This document shows, in pieces, positions 50,250 through 60,500 of a stretch of DNA of 64,000 bases (position 1 is the first letter of the stretch; each line of letters starts with the position of its first letter). The stretch is from positions 12,109 to 76,108 of the forward strand of contig MFOT01000014.1 in assembly GCA_001782475.1 (NCBI GenBank), written 5' to 3'. Source of the DNA: Candidatus Levybacteria bacterium RIFCSPLOWO2_01_FULL_38_21 (GTDB taxonomy: Bacteria > Patescibacteriota > Microgenomatia > Levybacterales > UBA12049). The notes beneath the pieces were generated by a model. That model worked only from the letters and a program-made list of their open reading frames with translations. It did not search any database and was not told the origin of the DNA. The position numbers and the translations under genes are program-made.

Positions 50250-50462
50250 TTATCGAGGAGCAAAAAGTAGAGGTATTAAGCCAAACAACACTGCAAGAAC
50301 CACTGTTGTCCAAATTAACATCTTTTCTATGCTTTGTTTGCTTCTGTAGAATTCCCCTCCTCCGCCAAAGGTTTTAGAAAGGCCTGATCCTTGCATCTGA
50401 AGAAGAATAGCTCCAATTAAAAGCACTGGAATTAAGATTTGTAAAAATATTATAAAAAACAT
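50250..50462 (-). CDS. secG: Preprotein translocase subunit SecG
   Basis: ILLQ..GSGL...FGG between two TM helices. Confidence 0.9.
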   Translation of the reverse strand: MFFIIFLQILIPVLLIGAILLQMQGSGLSKTFGGGGEFYRSKQSIEKMLIWTTVVLAVLFGLIPLLFAPR

Positions 50463-50471
50463 ACCTTAAGA

Positions 50472-51425
50472 TTATATATTTCCTACGATAACTTTTGCAA
50501 GCTTTGAGGAATCATGGTATAAAGGAAATTCTTCGCTTACTAAGTCCTCCTGTACAAGCTTAAAAGGGAATTTTGCATCACCATTAACAAGGGGTACATA
50601 CTTATATTCATTTTTCCATCTTTGTGGGATCTCCGGATTTTGGTTTTTATTAAGAAAGAATGTATCAAAAAGTATATCTTGGCAGTGTTTCTCTATTGCT
50701 TTAGCAAAATCTTCTATAGTATATTTTGGAGTTTCGAAAGGCTTATTTGCAACATTAACTATAAAAAATTTCTCTGCCCGTGCCTTTCTTATTGCGGATA
50801 AAATATCAGGAACCATAATAACAGGAAGAACAGTAGTATAAAGATCTCCGGGACCTGCGATAACAACATCTGCATTTTTTATGGCATCTGTGACTTTTTT
50901 ATCAACCAGAGGATTCTTGGGTCTTATAAATAATTTTTTGATCTGACCCTTAAATCTTCCCAAATCAATATTTTCCTCTCTTGTTACAATATGTCCTGTT
51001 GAAGTTTTTGCCCAAATAGAAATCGGAGATAATGTGGATGGATAAATTTTGCCTTTGGTTTTGAATATTTTTTGAAGTTCTATTAACCCCTGGTTGAAAT
51101 CTTTCTTTATAAAACTTAAGGCAAGAAGCATTAAATTTCCCAGTTTTTGACCAGGCAATAGATTATCTGGTCCGTATCTTTGTCCTTTAAATCTGAATTT
51201 TAGAAGTTGTATCAAGATTTCTTCCGCATCAGATAAGGCTACCAGACAATTTATAATATCGCCCGTAGGAAATGTTTTATAATACCTTCTTAACCTTCCT
51301 GCTGAACCGCCGTCATCTGCCATGGAAACAATAACTGATATATCGGAAAAATATTCTTTTATCCCGCGCAGTAAATTAGCAGTGCCAATCCCGCCTCCTA
51401 AGCAAACTATTTTTTTATCAGCCAT
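50472..51425 (-). CDS. YvcK/CofD family (UPF0052) protein
   Basis: LGGGIG, ADDGGSAG, LGNL and GPGDLYT motifs; start at Met14 of the track ORF. Confidence 0.92.
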   Translation of the reverse strand: MADKKIVCLGGGIGTANLLRGIKEYFSDISVIVSMADDGGSAGRLRRYYKTFPTGDIINCLVALSDAEEILIQLLKFRFKGQRYGPDNLLPGQKLGNLMLLALSFIKKDFNQGLIELQKIFKTKGKIYPSTLSPISIWAKTSTGHIVTREENIDLGRFKGQIKKLFIRPKNPLVDKKVTDAIKNADVVIAGPGDLYTTVLPVIMVPDILSAIRKARAEKFFIVNVANKPFETPKYTIEDFAKAIEKHCQDILFDTFFLNKNQNPEIPQRWKNEYKYVPLVNGDAKFPFKLVQEDLVSEEFPLYHDSSKLAKVIVGNI

Positions 51426-51811
51426 GATAGGAACGTAATTATAGCAGATAACGCAAGCCCGCACACTATAAAAGCAAAAATTTGATTAACATAAGTTTTA
51501 GAAATTATAAATCCGCCGTATGAAAAGCCCTGAAAGACAAATGACGTAATTTTTATCTTGGGAACAAAAAGGGTGAGAAGATAAAGAATTATTACATTCG
51601 TAAAAAATGAGAATGCGCCCAGCGTTACAAGATTTAAAGGAAGCGTTAAGATATTTAAAATTGGTTTTATCAGAAGGAATATTATAGAAAGCGCTACTCC
51701 GCCCAAAAGATAAGTCTCAAACCCTCCTGTAATCTTTACTCCCGGAAATACTAAGGTCAGGAAAAAAAGAGAAAAAGAGTAAAATAATACGGCTCTTAAA
51801 ATTGTTCTCAT
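51407..51811 (-). CDS. 4-TM phage-holin-family (YvlD-like) membrane protein
   Basis: IKPILNILTLPLNLVTLGAF motif; start at Met69 of the track ORF. Confidence 0.85.
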   Translation of the reverse strand: MRTILRAVLFYSFSLFFLTLVFPGVKITGGFETYLLGGVALSIIFLLIKPILNILTLPLNLVTLGAFSFFTNVIILYLLTLFVPKIKITSFVFQGFSYGGFIISKTYVNQIFAFIVCGLALSAIITFLSWLIKK

Positions 51812-51847
51812 AATTTTATCTTGTAAATAAAATTGTATAATAAACTC

Positions 51848-52522
51848 ATGAAAAAGCCAAGTTTTACAGAAGAAAAGAAGATTTGGAAAAAAGGCTGCAA
51901 ATTTGTAATAGGAGTTGACGAAGTAGGGAAAGGAGCGTTCGCAGGACCGGTAGTTGCCGCAGCTGTAGTTTTTAACAAGGATACTCCTTGTCAGCCTCGT
52001 ACAAGGAGTATCCATGAAGACATAAACGACTCAAAACTTCTAAAACCTAAAAAACGAGAGGAGTTGTCAAGGGTCATAAAAAAACAAGCACAATTATATG
52101 CCATTTCAACCATTGGCGTATCTACCATAAACAAATTAGGAGTTGGAAAAGCAAGTCAGATGGCCATAAGAAAATCGATAAAAACAGTAATTGGTGACAT
52201 TATTGAGATAAACAATAGCAAGCCCCCGATTTTTGTATTAGCAGACGGATTCCATATTAAATATATTCGGGGGATTGGGCTAATAAACCAGAAGGCAATT
52301 ATAAAAGGGGATAGAAAAAGTATCTCAATTGCCGCAGCATCTATTATTGCAAAAGTTTATAGAGATAAATTAATGAGAAAACTTAACCGAAAATATCCGG
52401 GTTACGGTTTTGTAAGAAACAAAGGCTACGGAACAAAATTCCATCAAATTGCACTTGCCAAGCAAGGACTATCGGAAGTCCACCGAACATCTTTTAATCT
52501 AGGAAAATTTCTGAGTTTTTAG
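51848..52522 (+). CDS. rnhB: Ribonuclease HII
   Basis: GVDEVGKG..AGPV, DSK.L, SIAAASIIAKV.RD and KGYGT motifs. Confidence 0.96.
   Translation: MKKPSFTEEKKIWKKGCKFVIGVDEVGKGAFAGPVVAAAVVFNKDTPCQPRTRSIHEDINDSKLLKPKKREELSRVIKKQAQLYAISTIGVSTINKLGVGKASQMAIRKSIKTVIGDIIEINNSKPPIFVLADGFHIKYIRGIGLINQKAIIKGDRKSISIAAASIIAKVYRDKLMRKLNRKYPGYGFVRNKGYGTKFHQIALAKQGLSEVHRTSFNLGKFLSF
51975..52017. repeat. Composite palindromic element (family C) inside rnhB
   Basis: ACAAGGATACTCCTTGT-CAGCCTCGT-ACAAGGAGTATCCATGA. Confidence 0.85.
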
Positions 52523-52593
52523 TTGAGTTTTCACTGCTTTCTATATCTCCTTGGGATAAGTAAGATAATGTGCTAAACTAAGCTAATTCCATT

Positions 52594-54036
52594 ATGAAAA
52601 TTCTATTTGCCGTTTGGGAACTTGATCCCTTTTTCAAAGTAGGGGGTTTGGGTGATGTTGCCAGGTCATTTCCTGGCGCTTTAAAAGAAAAGGGGATAGA
52701 TATAAGAATAGTTCTGCCGTATTATAAAGTTCTGAAGCTGGGCAGGCAGAGAAGAGTTATGATAGGTAAAATAAAATGTTTTTACGATAATAAAAACGAA
52801 GATGTGGAGATTTATAAAGTGGAACATCCAATAAGCAAAATACCAGTTTATCTTATAAAAAATAAGAAATATCTGGATATAGCTAAATTTCCAGACACTT
52901 TCGCTTTTTTTTGCTTGTCAATTGCAGAAATTATAAAAAGCAATATTCTTTCCTGGGCTCCGGATATAATTCACTGCAATGATGTCCATACCAGTTTGGT
53001 ACCGCTCCTTTTAAAAGAAAAAAAAGTTCAAGTCAAGACACTTTTAACCATCCATAATCTTTCCTATCAGGGAAGAACAGGTATTGACGTTTTGAATAAA
53101 TTAAAAATAGAAACTTCCAAATGTGCGGTTTTGCATTGGGAGATAAAGTCAAAAAGAGTGAATTTCTTGATGGAGGGCATAATACATGCAGACGCAATAA
53201 CCACAGTTTCCCCAACATATGCCAGAGAAATCTTAACAGAAGAGTACGGGTGCGGTTTGGAAGATGTGCTTAGGGGAAGAGAGGGAAAAATCTTTGGCAT
53301 ACTCAACGGAATTGATAATAATTGGCACCATATGATGGCAAATAGCATGGTCAGATATCCCTATTTGTTGACAAAAGAAAACATTGCGAAAAATAACGAG
53401 TTGAAAGTTTACTCATGGGAGGAAGGGAAAAAGTTAAATAAGCTGTACTTGCAAAAAAAACTTGGATTAAGAGTAGACCCGTCAATACCCTTGGTTTCTT
53501 TTATTGGCAGGTTCGATCCATATCAAAAAGGGGTCGATATTATCCACAAGATGCTGCGCAGAATCAATTTAGAAAAATGTGCGTTTGTCATTTTAGGCAG
53601 CGGTGACCCGCATTGGGAAGAAAGATTTCAATGGCTTGCCAAATTTTATCCCAAAAATATTTCCTGCAATTTCATTTTTGATGAGGTTTTGGCTCATCAG
53701 ATTTATGCCGGATCAGATTTTGTCCTCATCCCTTCCAAATTTGAACCATGCGGTTTAGTACAGATGGTTGCCATGTTTTTCGGAGCGTTGCCAATTGCCC
53801 ATGCAACCGGTGGTCTTCGTGATTCTATAAAAGAAGGTGAAACCGGTTATCTTTTTAATAAGTACTCCTCTGTCTCTCTGGAATATTCATTAAATAGAGC
53901 TATTGGGATTTGGTTACAAGATAAAAAACGATATAAAACAATGGTTGAAAACGCTATGAAAATGGATTTTTCTTGGGATAGAAGTGCACGCGAATATTTA
54001 AGTCTTTACCAGAAGTTAATAGACGGAAAGTTATAA
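52594..54036 (+). CDS. glgA: Glycogen/starch synthase (GT5)
   Basis: KVGGLGDV, HCND, TIHNL.YQG, GILNGID and PSKFEPCGL motifs. Confidence 0.93.
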   Translation: MKILFAVWELDPFFKVGGLGDVARSFPGALKEKGIDIRIVLPYYKVLKLGRQRRVMIGKIKCFYDNKNEDVEIYKVEHPISKIPVYLIKNKKYLDIAKFPDTFAFFCLSIAEIIKSNILSWAPDIIHCNDVHTSLVPLLLKEKKVQVKTLLTIHNLSYQGRTGIDVLNKLKIETSKCAVLHWEIKSKRVNFLMEGIIHADAITTVSPTYAREILTEEYGCGLEDVLRGREGKIFGILNGIDNNWHHMMANSMVRYPYLLTKENIAKNNELKVYSWEEGKKLNKLYLQKKLGLRVDPSIPLVSFIGRFDPYQKGVDIIHKMLRRINLEKCAFVILGSGDPHWEERFQWLAKFYPKNISCNFIFDEVLAHQIYAGSDFVLIPSKFEPCGLVQMVAMFFGALPIAHATGGLRDSIKEGETGYLFNKYSSVSLEYSLNRAIGIWLQDKKRYKTMVENAMKMDFSWDRSAREYLSLYQKLIDGKL

Positions 54037-54125
54037 AAAAAGTTATAAATGTAGTCGCTATAGTCGCTACCTGAAAGGTGAAACAGCCTCGCTACCTTCG
54101 GCAATCTCAATATAGTTTACACTGA

Positions 54126-54146
54126 GGCCTTCGACTGAGCTCAGCC
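54126..54146. repeat. Family-A palindrome downstream of tRNA-Lys(CTT)
   Basis: GGCCTTCGACTGAGCTCAGCC. Confidence 0.7.
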
Positions 54147-54165
54147 GAATATCCTTGCCAAATTG

Positions 54166-54238
54166 TGAGCCGCCGGCGAGTCGAACGCCGAACCGATTCC
54201 TTAAGAGGGAATTGCTCTGCCAGTTGAGCTAGCGGCCC
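54166..54238 (-). tRNA. tRNA-Lys(CTT)
   Basis: GGGCCGC/GCGGCTC; anticodon arm ATTCC-CTCTTAA-GGAAT; CCA not encoded. Confidence 0.95.
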
Positions 54239-54296
54239 TCTTTATAAAAAAGCGCTGATTTAGTATACTATAAGAGGTTTGTCATAACAATACTTG

Positions 54297-54370
54297 GCGC
54301 CTGTAGCTCAACTGGATAGAGCACTTCGCTTCGGACGAAGGGGTTGGGGGTTCGACTCCCTTCAGGCGCG
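54297..54370 (+). tRNA. tRNA-Arg(TCG)
   Basis: GCGCCTG/CAGGCGC; anticodon arm CTTCG-CTTCGGA-CGAAG; CCA not encoded. Confidence 0.95.
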
Positions 54371-54465
54371 CAGCGTAACAAATTACTTCGTAATTTAAAC
54401 GCTGCAGAGACGTAAAAATTTTTAATTTTGTACGTCTCGCAACGTACGAAATCGAAGATTTCTAC
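54370..54465. repeat. Three tandem hairpins after tRNA-Arg
   Basis: Cores AAATTAC-TTC-GTAATTT, AAAATT-TTT-AATTTT and GAAATC-GAA-GATTTC, with (C)GT(A)/(T)AC(G) outer stems. Confidence 0.75.
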
Positions 54466-54523
54466 ATCTTCTTCTATCCTATAGCTTTATTTTGAGCTTT
54501 GTGTTATAATCTTTGATTAAATT

Positions 54524-55615
54524 ATGAAAAGATTCAGGGATTTGCTCAATTTTGCGGTCCAATTTGCAAAAACTCACAAAATAATTTCATTTACTATTTT
54601 TTTGACACTTATAGTAATCTTAATTGTCTTAAAACCCGGCAAGCAAGCTCCGATTGCCACAGAAAAAGTAAGAAGAGAAAATATTTCCCAAACAATTTCT
54701 ATAACGGGGAGTATTGATTCAAATAATACTGCGAACTTAAGCTTTAAGGCTTCGGGAAAGTTGGTTTATTTGGGAGTAAAAAAAGGAGACTATGTTTATG
54801 CCTACCAGACAATTGCCGGAATGGACGAACGAACAGTTCAGAAGAATTTAGAGATTACCCTAATAGATTATTCAAAGCAAAGATTAACCTTTGACCAGAC
54901 TCTTGAAAAAAATCAAAACAGAACACCGCAAGAAGCTTTAAATAATGATATGAAACGGATCCTTGAGAATAATCAGTTTGATTTAGACCGTGCGGTAAAA
55001 TCTGTGGAACTTCAAGACCTTGCTAAACAGGAATCTGTTTTAACAACTCCAATCACGGGAATTATCACAAGATCAGATGTTGAAACTTCCGGGGTAAATG
55101 TTTCTGCGGCAACGACTTTTACTGTTGTAGATTTAAGTTCTCTTAATTTTAAGATGGACGTTGATGAAGCAGATATTGGAAAAGTTAGGCAAGGACAAAA
55201 AGTAAAAGTTGTGCTTGATGCGTATCCTGATGAAACATTAAATCTAACAGTAGACAAAATAGATTTTGTTTCTCACACAACCTCAACCGGAGGAACTGCT
55301 TTTACCGTACATGCAAACTTTGCAGATCATCCCGACAATAAATACAGAGTGGGAATAAATGGAAATGCGGAAATTATAACTGGGGAGAGAGAAAATGTTC
55401 TTGCAATTCCCGTATCTTCGATAACAGAGGATAATAAAGTGTTTATAAAAACTAAAAGGGGGTACGTGGAAAGAAAAATAAAAACAGGTCTTCAAAATGA
55501 TACGAGAGCGCAAGTGATAAGCGGACTTTCGCAAAACGATGAGGTAGTCGTAGAATCAACTCTTGTTCCCAAAAAAACACAGGCAAGATTTCCGTTTAGG
55601 TTTTTTATAAGATAA
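54524..55615 (+). CDS. Efflux periplasmic adaptor / membrane fusion protein (MacA/YknX-like)
   Basis: TM anchor; lipoyl halves (VKKGDYV, TPITG); VDEADIGKVRQGQ. Confidence 0.9.
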   Translation: MKRFRDLLNFAVQFAKTHKIISFTIFLTLIVILIVLKPGKQAPIATEKVRRENISQTISITGSIDSNNTANLSFKASGKLVYLGVKKGDYVYAYQTIAGMDERTVQKNLEITLIDYSKQRLTFDQTLEKNQNRTPQEALNNDMKRILENNQFDLDRAVKSVELQDLAKQESVLTTPITGIITRSDVETSGVNVSAATTFTVVDLSSLNFKMDVDEADIGKVRQGQKVKVVLDAYPDETLNLTVDKIDFVSHTTSTGGTAFTVHANFADHPDNKYRVGINGNAEIITGERENVLAIPVSSITEDNKVFIKTKRGYVERKIKTGLQNDTRAQVISGLSQNDEVVVESTLVPKKTQARFPFRFFIR

Positions 55616-55623
55616 AATGATTC

Positions 55624-56304
55624 ATGAAGAAAACAAACCTCATAAGCCTTGCGAATATAACTAAAGATTATAACCTCGGTGGTTTGATAGTGAATGTTTT
55701 AAAGGGAATAACTCTTAAAATAGAAAATGGTGAATTTGTTGCAATTTCCGGAAGATCCGGCTCTGGAAAATCGACTCTAATGAATATCATAGGACTTTTA
55801 GACACACCGACAACAGGATCTTACTATCTAGAAAGTGTTGATGTATCAAGCTTAAAAGAAGATGAGTTATCGTATCTTAGAAATAAAAAAATCGGATTCG
55901 TTTTTCAGTCATTTAACCTTCTCCCAAGAGCAACAATTCTTGAAAATGTTATCCTTCCGGGAATTTATGCGGGATTAAATACAAAAGACAGGGAAAATAC
56001 GGCAAAAAACATTTTAGAAAAAATCGGGCTCTTCAAGCATATCAACAAAAGACCCAATCAGCTTTCAGGAGGAGAACAGCAAAGAGTAGCAATTGCTAGG
56101 GCTTTAATGAATAATCCAGATATTATCCTAGCAGATGAGCCGACAGGAAATTTAGATACAAAATCAGGGCAGGAAGTTATAACTTTATTAAAAGACTTAC
56201 ATAAACAAGGAAAAACCATTGTGCTTATAACTCACGAGAAAGACATTGCTAGGGAAACAGATAGAATTATAAACTTGACTGATGGAAGAATTGATCTCGA
56301 TTAG
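55624..56304 (+). CDS. ABC transporter ATP-binding protein (MacB/LolD-like)
   Basis: [24 protein letters not shown] and [10 protein letters not shown] motifs. Confidence 0.95.
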   Translation: MKKTNLISLANITKDYNLGGLIVNVLKGITLKIENGEFVAISGRSGSGKSTLMNIIGLLDTPTTGSYYLESVDVSSLKEDELSYLRNKKIGFVFQSFNLLPRATILENVILPGIYAGLNTKDRENTAKNILEKIGLFKHINKRPNQLSGGEQQRVAIARALMNNPDIILADEPTGNLDTKSGQEVITLLKDLHKQGKTIVLITHEKDIARETDRIINLTDGRIDLD

Positions 56305-56320
56305 ATGGGATAGATTGATT

Positions 56321-57514
56321 ATGGATATAAACGAACTTTTTAAACTCTCATATAGAGCAATAAGCGCAAATAGACTAAGAAGTTTCTTAACAATGCTGGG
56401 CATTGTTATTGGAGTTTTTGCAATTATTTTACTTGTCTCAATAGGCACCGGACTTCAGACATTTATTACAAATCAGATAGCAGGATTTGGTTCAAATCTT
56501 ATTGTCGTTATCCCGGGAAGAATAGGAGGCGCTAGGACTCCAGGCGGTGTTGTATCTAATAAACTTGTTGTTGCAGATGCAAAAACGCTTGCGTTAAAAC
56601 TTAAAAACGAGGCAAGTGTGGCACCTGTTGTTCAGCAAATTTCAACAGTTAAATACAAAAATAGGGAAAATAAAGGAACTACTGTGTTTGGCACTACTTC
56701 AAATTATTCAAAAACTGTTCAAAACGCAACAATAGGACAGGGTAGCTTTTTTTCTCAAAGTCAGGAACAATCCGGAGCAAGGAACGCAGTTATAGGACAG
56801 ACGGTTCTAAACAATTTATTCCCTTCGCAAAATCCTATCGGTAAAAGATTTTTTATAGGAAATAATATATATACGGTAATAGGAGTGATAAACAAAAGAG
56901 GTGCGGTTTTTGGAATAGATCAGGATAACGTTATACTTATTCCTTTGTCTTCCGCTCAAAGGCAATTTGGACTAACTCATCTCAATGCCATATTTATTTC
57001 GGTAAATTCACCGTCTCTTATTCCAAGAGTTAAAGACCAAACGCAAAAAATTTTGTTAAAACACTTGACAGAGGACGATTTTACGGTTCAAACAGCAGAA
57101 TCAACGCTTTCTATTGTTTCAAACATTACAAACATTCTTTCTATTGCCCTAGGAGGTATTGCTGCGATATCATTATTAGTTGGGGGGATTGGAGTTGCAA
57201 ATATAATGCTTGTATCTGTTACCGAAAGGACTAGAGAAATAGGACTTAGGAAAGCACTTGGGGCAAAAAGAATAGACATATTAAAGCAGTTTTTGCTTGA
57301 AGCAACAATGCTTTCTTTAACCGGAGGAATAATAGGTATTATTCTGGGAATCCTAGGATCGTTAATACTCGCAAGATTTCTTGTTTCTCAGGTAACCCTA
57401 TGGTCTGTCTTTATAGCTTTTGGTTTTTCTGTTGCGGTAGGAATTATATTTGGAATGGCTCCTGCAATAAGAGCCTCAAAGCTTTCCCCCATAGAAGCCT
57501 TAAGATATGAATAG
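56321..57514 (+). CDS. ABC transporter permease (MacB/FtsX-like)
   Basis: RSFLTMLGIVIG, GGIGVANIMLVSVTERTREIG and PIEALRYE motifs. Confidence 0.95.
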   Translation: MDINELFKLSYRAISANRLRSFLTMLGIVIGVFAIILLVSIGTGLQTFITNQIAGFGSNLIVVIPGRIGGARTPGGVVSNKLVVADAKTLALKLKNEASVAPVVQQISTVKYKNRENKGTTVFGTTSNYSKTVQNATIGQGSFFSQSQEQSGARNAVIGQTVLNNLFPSQNPIGKRFFIGNNIYTVIGVINKRGAVFGIDQDNVILIPLSSAQRQFGLTHLNAIFISVNSPSLIPRVKDQTQKILLKHLTEDDFTVQTAESTLSIVSNITNILSIALGGIAAISLLVGGIGVANIMLVSVTERTREIGLRKALGAKRIDILKQFLLEATMLSLTGGIIGIILGILGSLILARFLVSQVTLWSVFIAFGFSVAVGIIFGMAPAIRASKLSPIEALRYE

Positions 57515-60500
57515 AGAAGGAAAGTCATTTTTTTTAAGTGTGGCCACGTTTTTAATCGGCTGGCCAATTTCCGCAATTGCCATTTTTTTTATTGGCAAAA
57601 TTATATTATCGCAATTCAATCTTGTTTCTCCATATATTAAAATACCAAGTATTCTTCCTTTAACAGGTGGGGTAATTTGCTTTATCTTGTTTTACTTCGG
57701 AAGAGCATTTCTCTTCAAAAAGCTCTTAGAAGAAAGGGGGCATAAGCTTGATTTTAAAGAAGTATCTTTTTTATGGGGTTTATCCGGACTTAAAAGATTT
57801 GCGCCCGGAAATATCTGGTCTTTTTTGGGAATGACATTATCCTTCTCAAAAAAGGGTGTTGATAGTAAGACTATTATCCCCTTATTTTTTACAGAAATAG
57901 GATTATTTATTATAGCAAGTCTACTCTTGTCTCTTTTTTCTATTCAATTTATCTTGCCTTACGTACTTTCCGTACACACATATTCAATTTTCATAATTCC
58001 TTTTATATCTTTTATTGTTATCTTAATTAGCCTAATTTTTGTATTTAATAAAATAGCTATCGGCAAATTAAAGGACGGGGGGGTAAAAAAAATTTTCCCC
58101 AGTTTTAATCCTTATACCAATTTTGTTCTTTTATCTATTACCGTCGGCTCATTATTTTTATTTGGCCTTGGAACATTTCTAACAATTGCATCAGTAGTCT
58201 ATCTACCTTTAAATTTTTTTCTCCCATTAATTGGTTTTTTTGTTTTTTCTCTTCTTCTAGGTTTCTTATCTTTTATAACACCTATGGGACTTGGGGTAAG
58301 AGAAGGAGTAATAGCAGTCGGGCTTTCTAAAATATTAACTCTTCAGCTTGCCGGATTTTCAGCTATCTTCGCAAGGATTGTTCTTATTTTATCTGAGATA
58401 ATCTTCATTTTATCCGCAAGCTTATGGAAAAAAATAAAAGATAGTAGATTTTTGAAAATAGAAAACTATATTAAGAATCATCTCCACGAGGTCATATTGC
58501 TTTTGATGATTACGCTTTACGCAGTATATTTCTCTCAGGCCAGCTTTTTAAGATATGACAATTTTTTTACTGGAAGATTTGATCTTGGAAACATGGATCA
58601 GGCAGTTTGGAATACTATTAATGGAAGAATTTTTAAAATAACGGACCCAAACGGAACAGACATAATCTCTCGACTTTCCTTTCATGCGGATTTTATACTC
58701 GTTTTTATATCGCCTCTTTACTTTATTTGGGCAAATCCTAAAATGCTACTTCTTCTTCAGTCAATCGCACTAGGACTTGGAGCTGTCTTTATCTACCTAA
58801 TTTCCAATAATCTTTTAAAGAACAAAAATATTTCTCTTGCATTTTCTTTAGCGTTCCTTTTAAATCCGTCTCTTCAATTTAGCAATTTATACGATTTTCA
58901 TCCTGTAACGCTTGCGACGACTCTTTTACTTGGTGCTTTTTATTTTTTAAAAAGGGAAAAGTATCTATGGATGCTAATCTTCTTGATTTTAGCATCTTTA
59001 TCTAAAGAACAAATATGGATAATTGCAGCTTTGTTTGGAGCCTATTTGTTTTTTATTGATAAAAAAAGGCTTATGGGAATTCTAATAACAGTCCTTCCGC
59101 TGGGTATTTTCTATTATTTAATTGCCAAAGCAATACCGGAAGCTCGAGGAGCTCAGCATTTTGCTCTTTCTTATTATTCTGATTTTGGAGAAAGTCCTCT
59201 TACTATTATTAGAAACATATTTCTCTCGCCTGGAAAAATAATCGGGATACTGCTTCAAGAAAAACAGCTTATTTATTTAACAAAAATATTTTCTCCATTG
59301 GGATTTTTGTCGCTTCTTTTCCCCCTAACTCTTATTTTTATTCTTCCGGATTTATTTATAAATCTACTAAGTAATAACTCTCAACTTAGAGAAATTTACT
59401 ACCAATATACCGCAACAATTACTCCTTTTATCTTTATATCAGCAATTTATGCTGTTGCGACCGTACAAAAGCGTTTTTCAAAAATATCATTTCGATTTTT
59501 TATGTGGTACATATTAATATCTGCTATTCTTGGTGCTTACTTTATTGGCCCTTTACCCGGTTCGAAAAATCCAAATATAAACATGTTTACAAAACAACTC
59601 CCTCAAAAAGAGACAATAGCAAACTTTTTAGATTCTATACCTCAAAAATTCAGTATTGCAGCAACCAACAATCTCGGATCTCATCTTTCTCATAGACAAA
59701 AAATCTACACAATACCTGTTGGAATTGATCAAGCGGATATAATTCTTTTTCTTTTAAATGACCCATTTGCCCAGCCTTCTTTAAAAGCACAAATTGAAAC
59801 AGCAGACAAGATGAAAGAAGACAAGAATTATATTCAGGTTTTTAAACAGGGTGACTTTATAGTTTTTGAAAAAAGAAATCTGTATCTTGAAGAACACGAG
59901 AAAAAAATAAAGCAAGTTAAGCTTTTCCCCTTGTCTATTCCATCGCTTGCTCACAGAGACTATAAAAAGGGGGAAATTAAAATAGAAAATAAAATAGAAA
60001 CTAATAAATCATTTACAAGCTATATTGCTTCTTACTTATCAGACGGACTTAAGGTTTATGCGCTTTTAAATATCCCAAACATACCCAAGCCTCAAAATGG
60101 TTTTCCGGTTATTATTGTAAACCACGGATATATAAATCCGAAAGGCTATAATACTGTTTCCTCTTATAAAAACATTACCGATTATTTTTCCAAAAATGGA
60201 TATTTGGTGTTAAAACCCGACTACCGAGGCAATGACAAGTCCGAAATCGATAATAAAGCCTTAATGCGCTTTGCGTATCCCATTGATGTAATGAATTTAA
60301 TCTCATCAATTTCTAGTATCAAAGAGGCGGACAGCAGTTCGGTCTACTTATGGGGACATTCCATGGGGGCAGAGGTAGCTTTGGAGGTACTTGAGATAAT
60401 AGGAAAAAACGAAGAGCTTTCAAAAAGTGTTAAAGCTGCTGTCTTGTGGGCGCCGGTAACAGACCCTCTAAGATGGTTTTCCAAACAAAACCTTCCAAGA

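Noticed and set aside
51407-51811. Prophage suggested by the holin-family gene and the metallopeptidase at 31978
   Set aside because: No integrase, capsid, terminase or lysin; YvlD-like genes are ordinary chromosomal neighbours of uvr and yvcK.
21343-52522. Split of the common rplS-rnhB-yraN cluster implying a 30-kb rearrangement
   Set aside because: Plausible, but no breakpoint repeats are visible and it cannot be supported without comparative genomes.
54370-54465. CRISPR array
   Set aside because: Units are not identical, there are no spacers and no cas genes are present.
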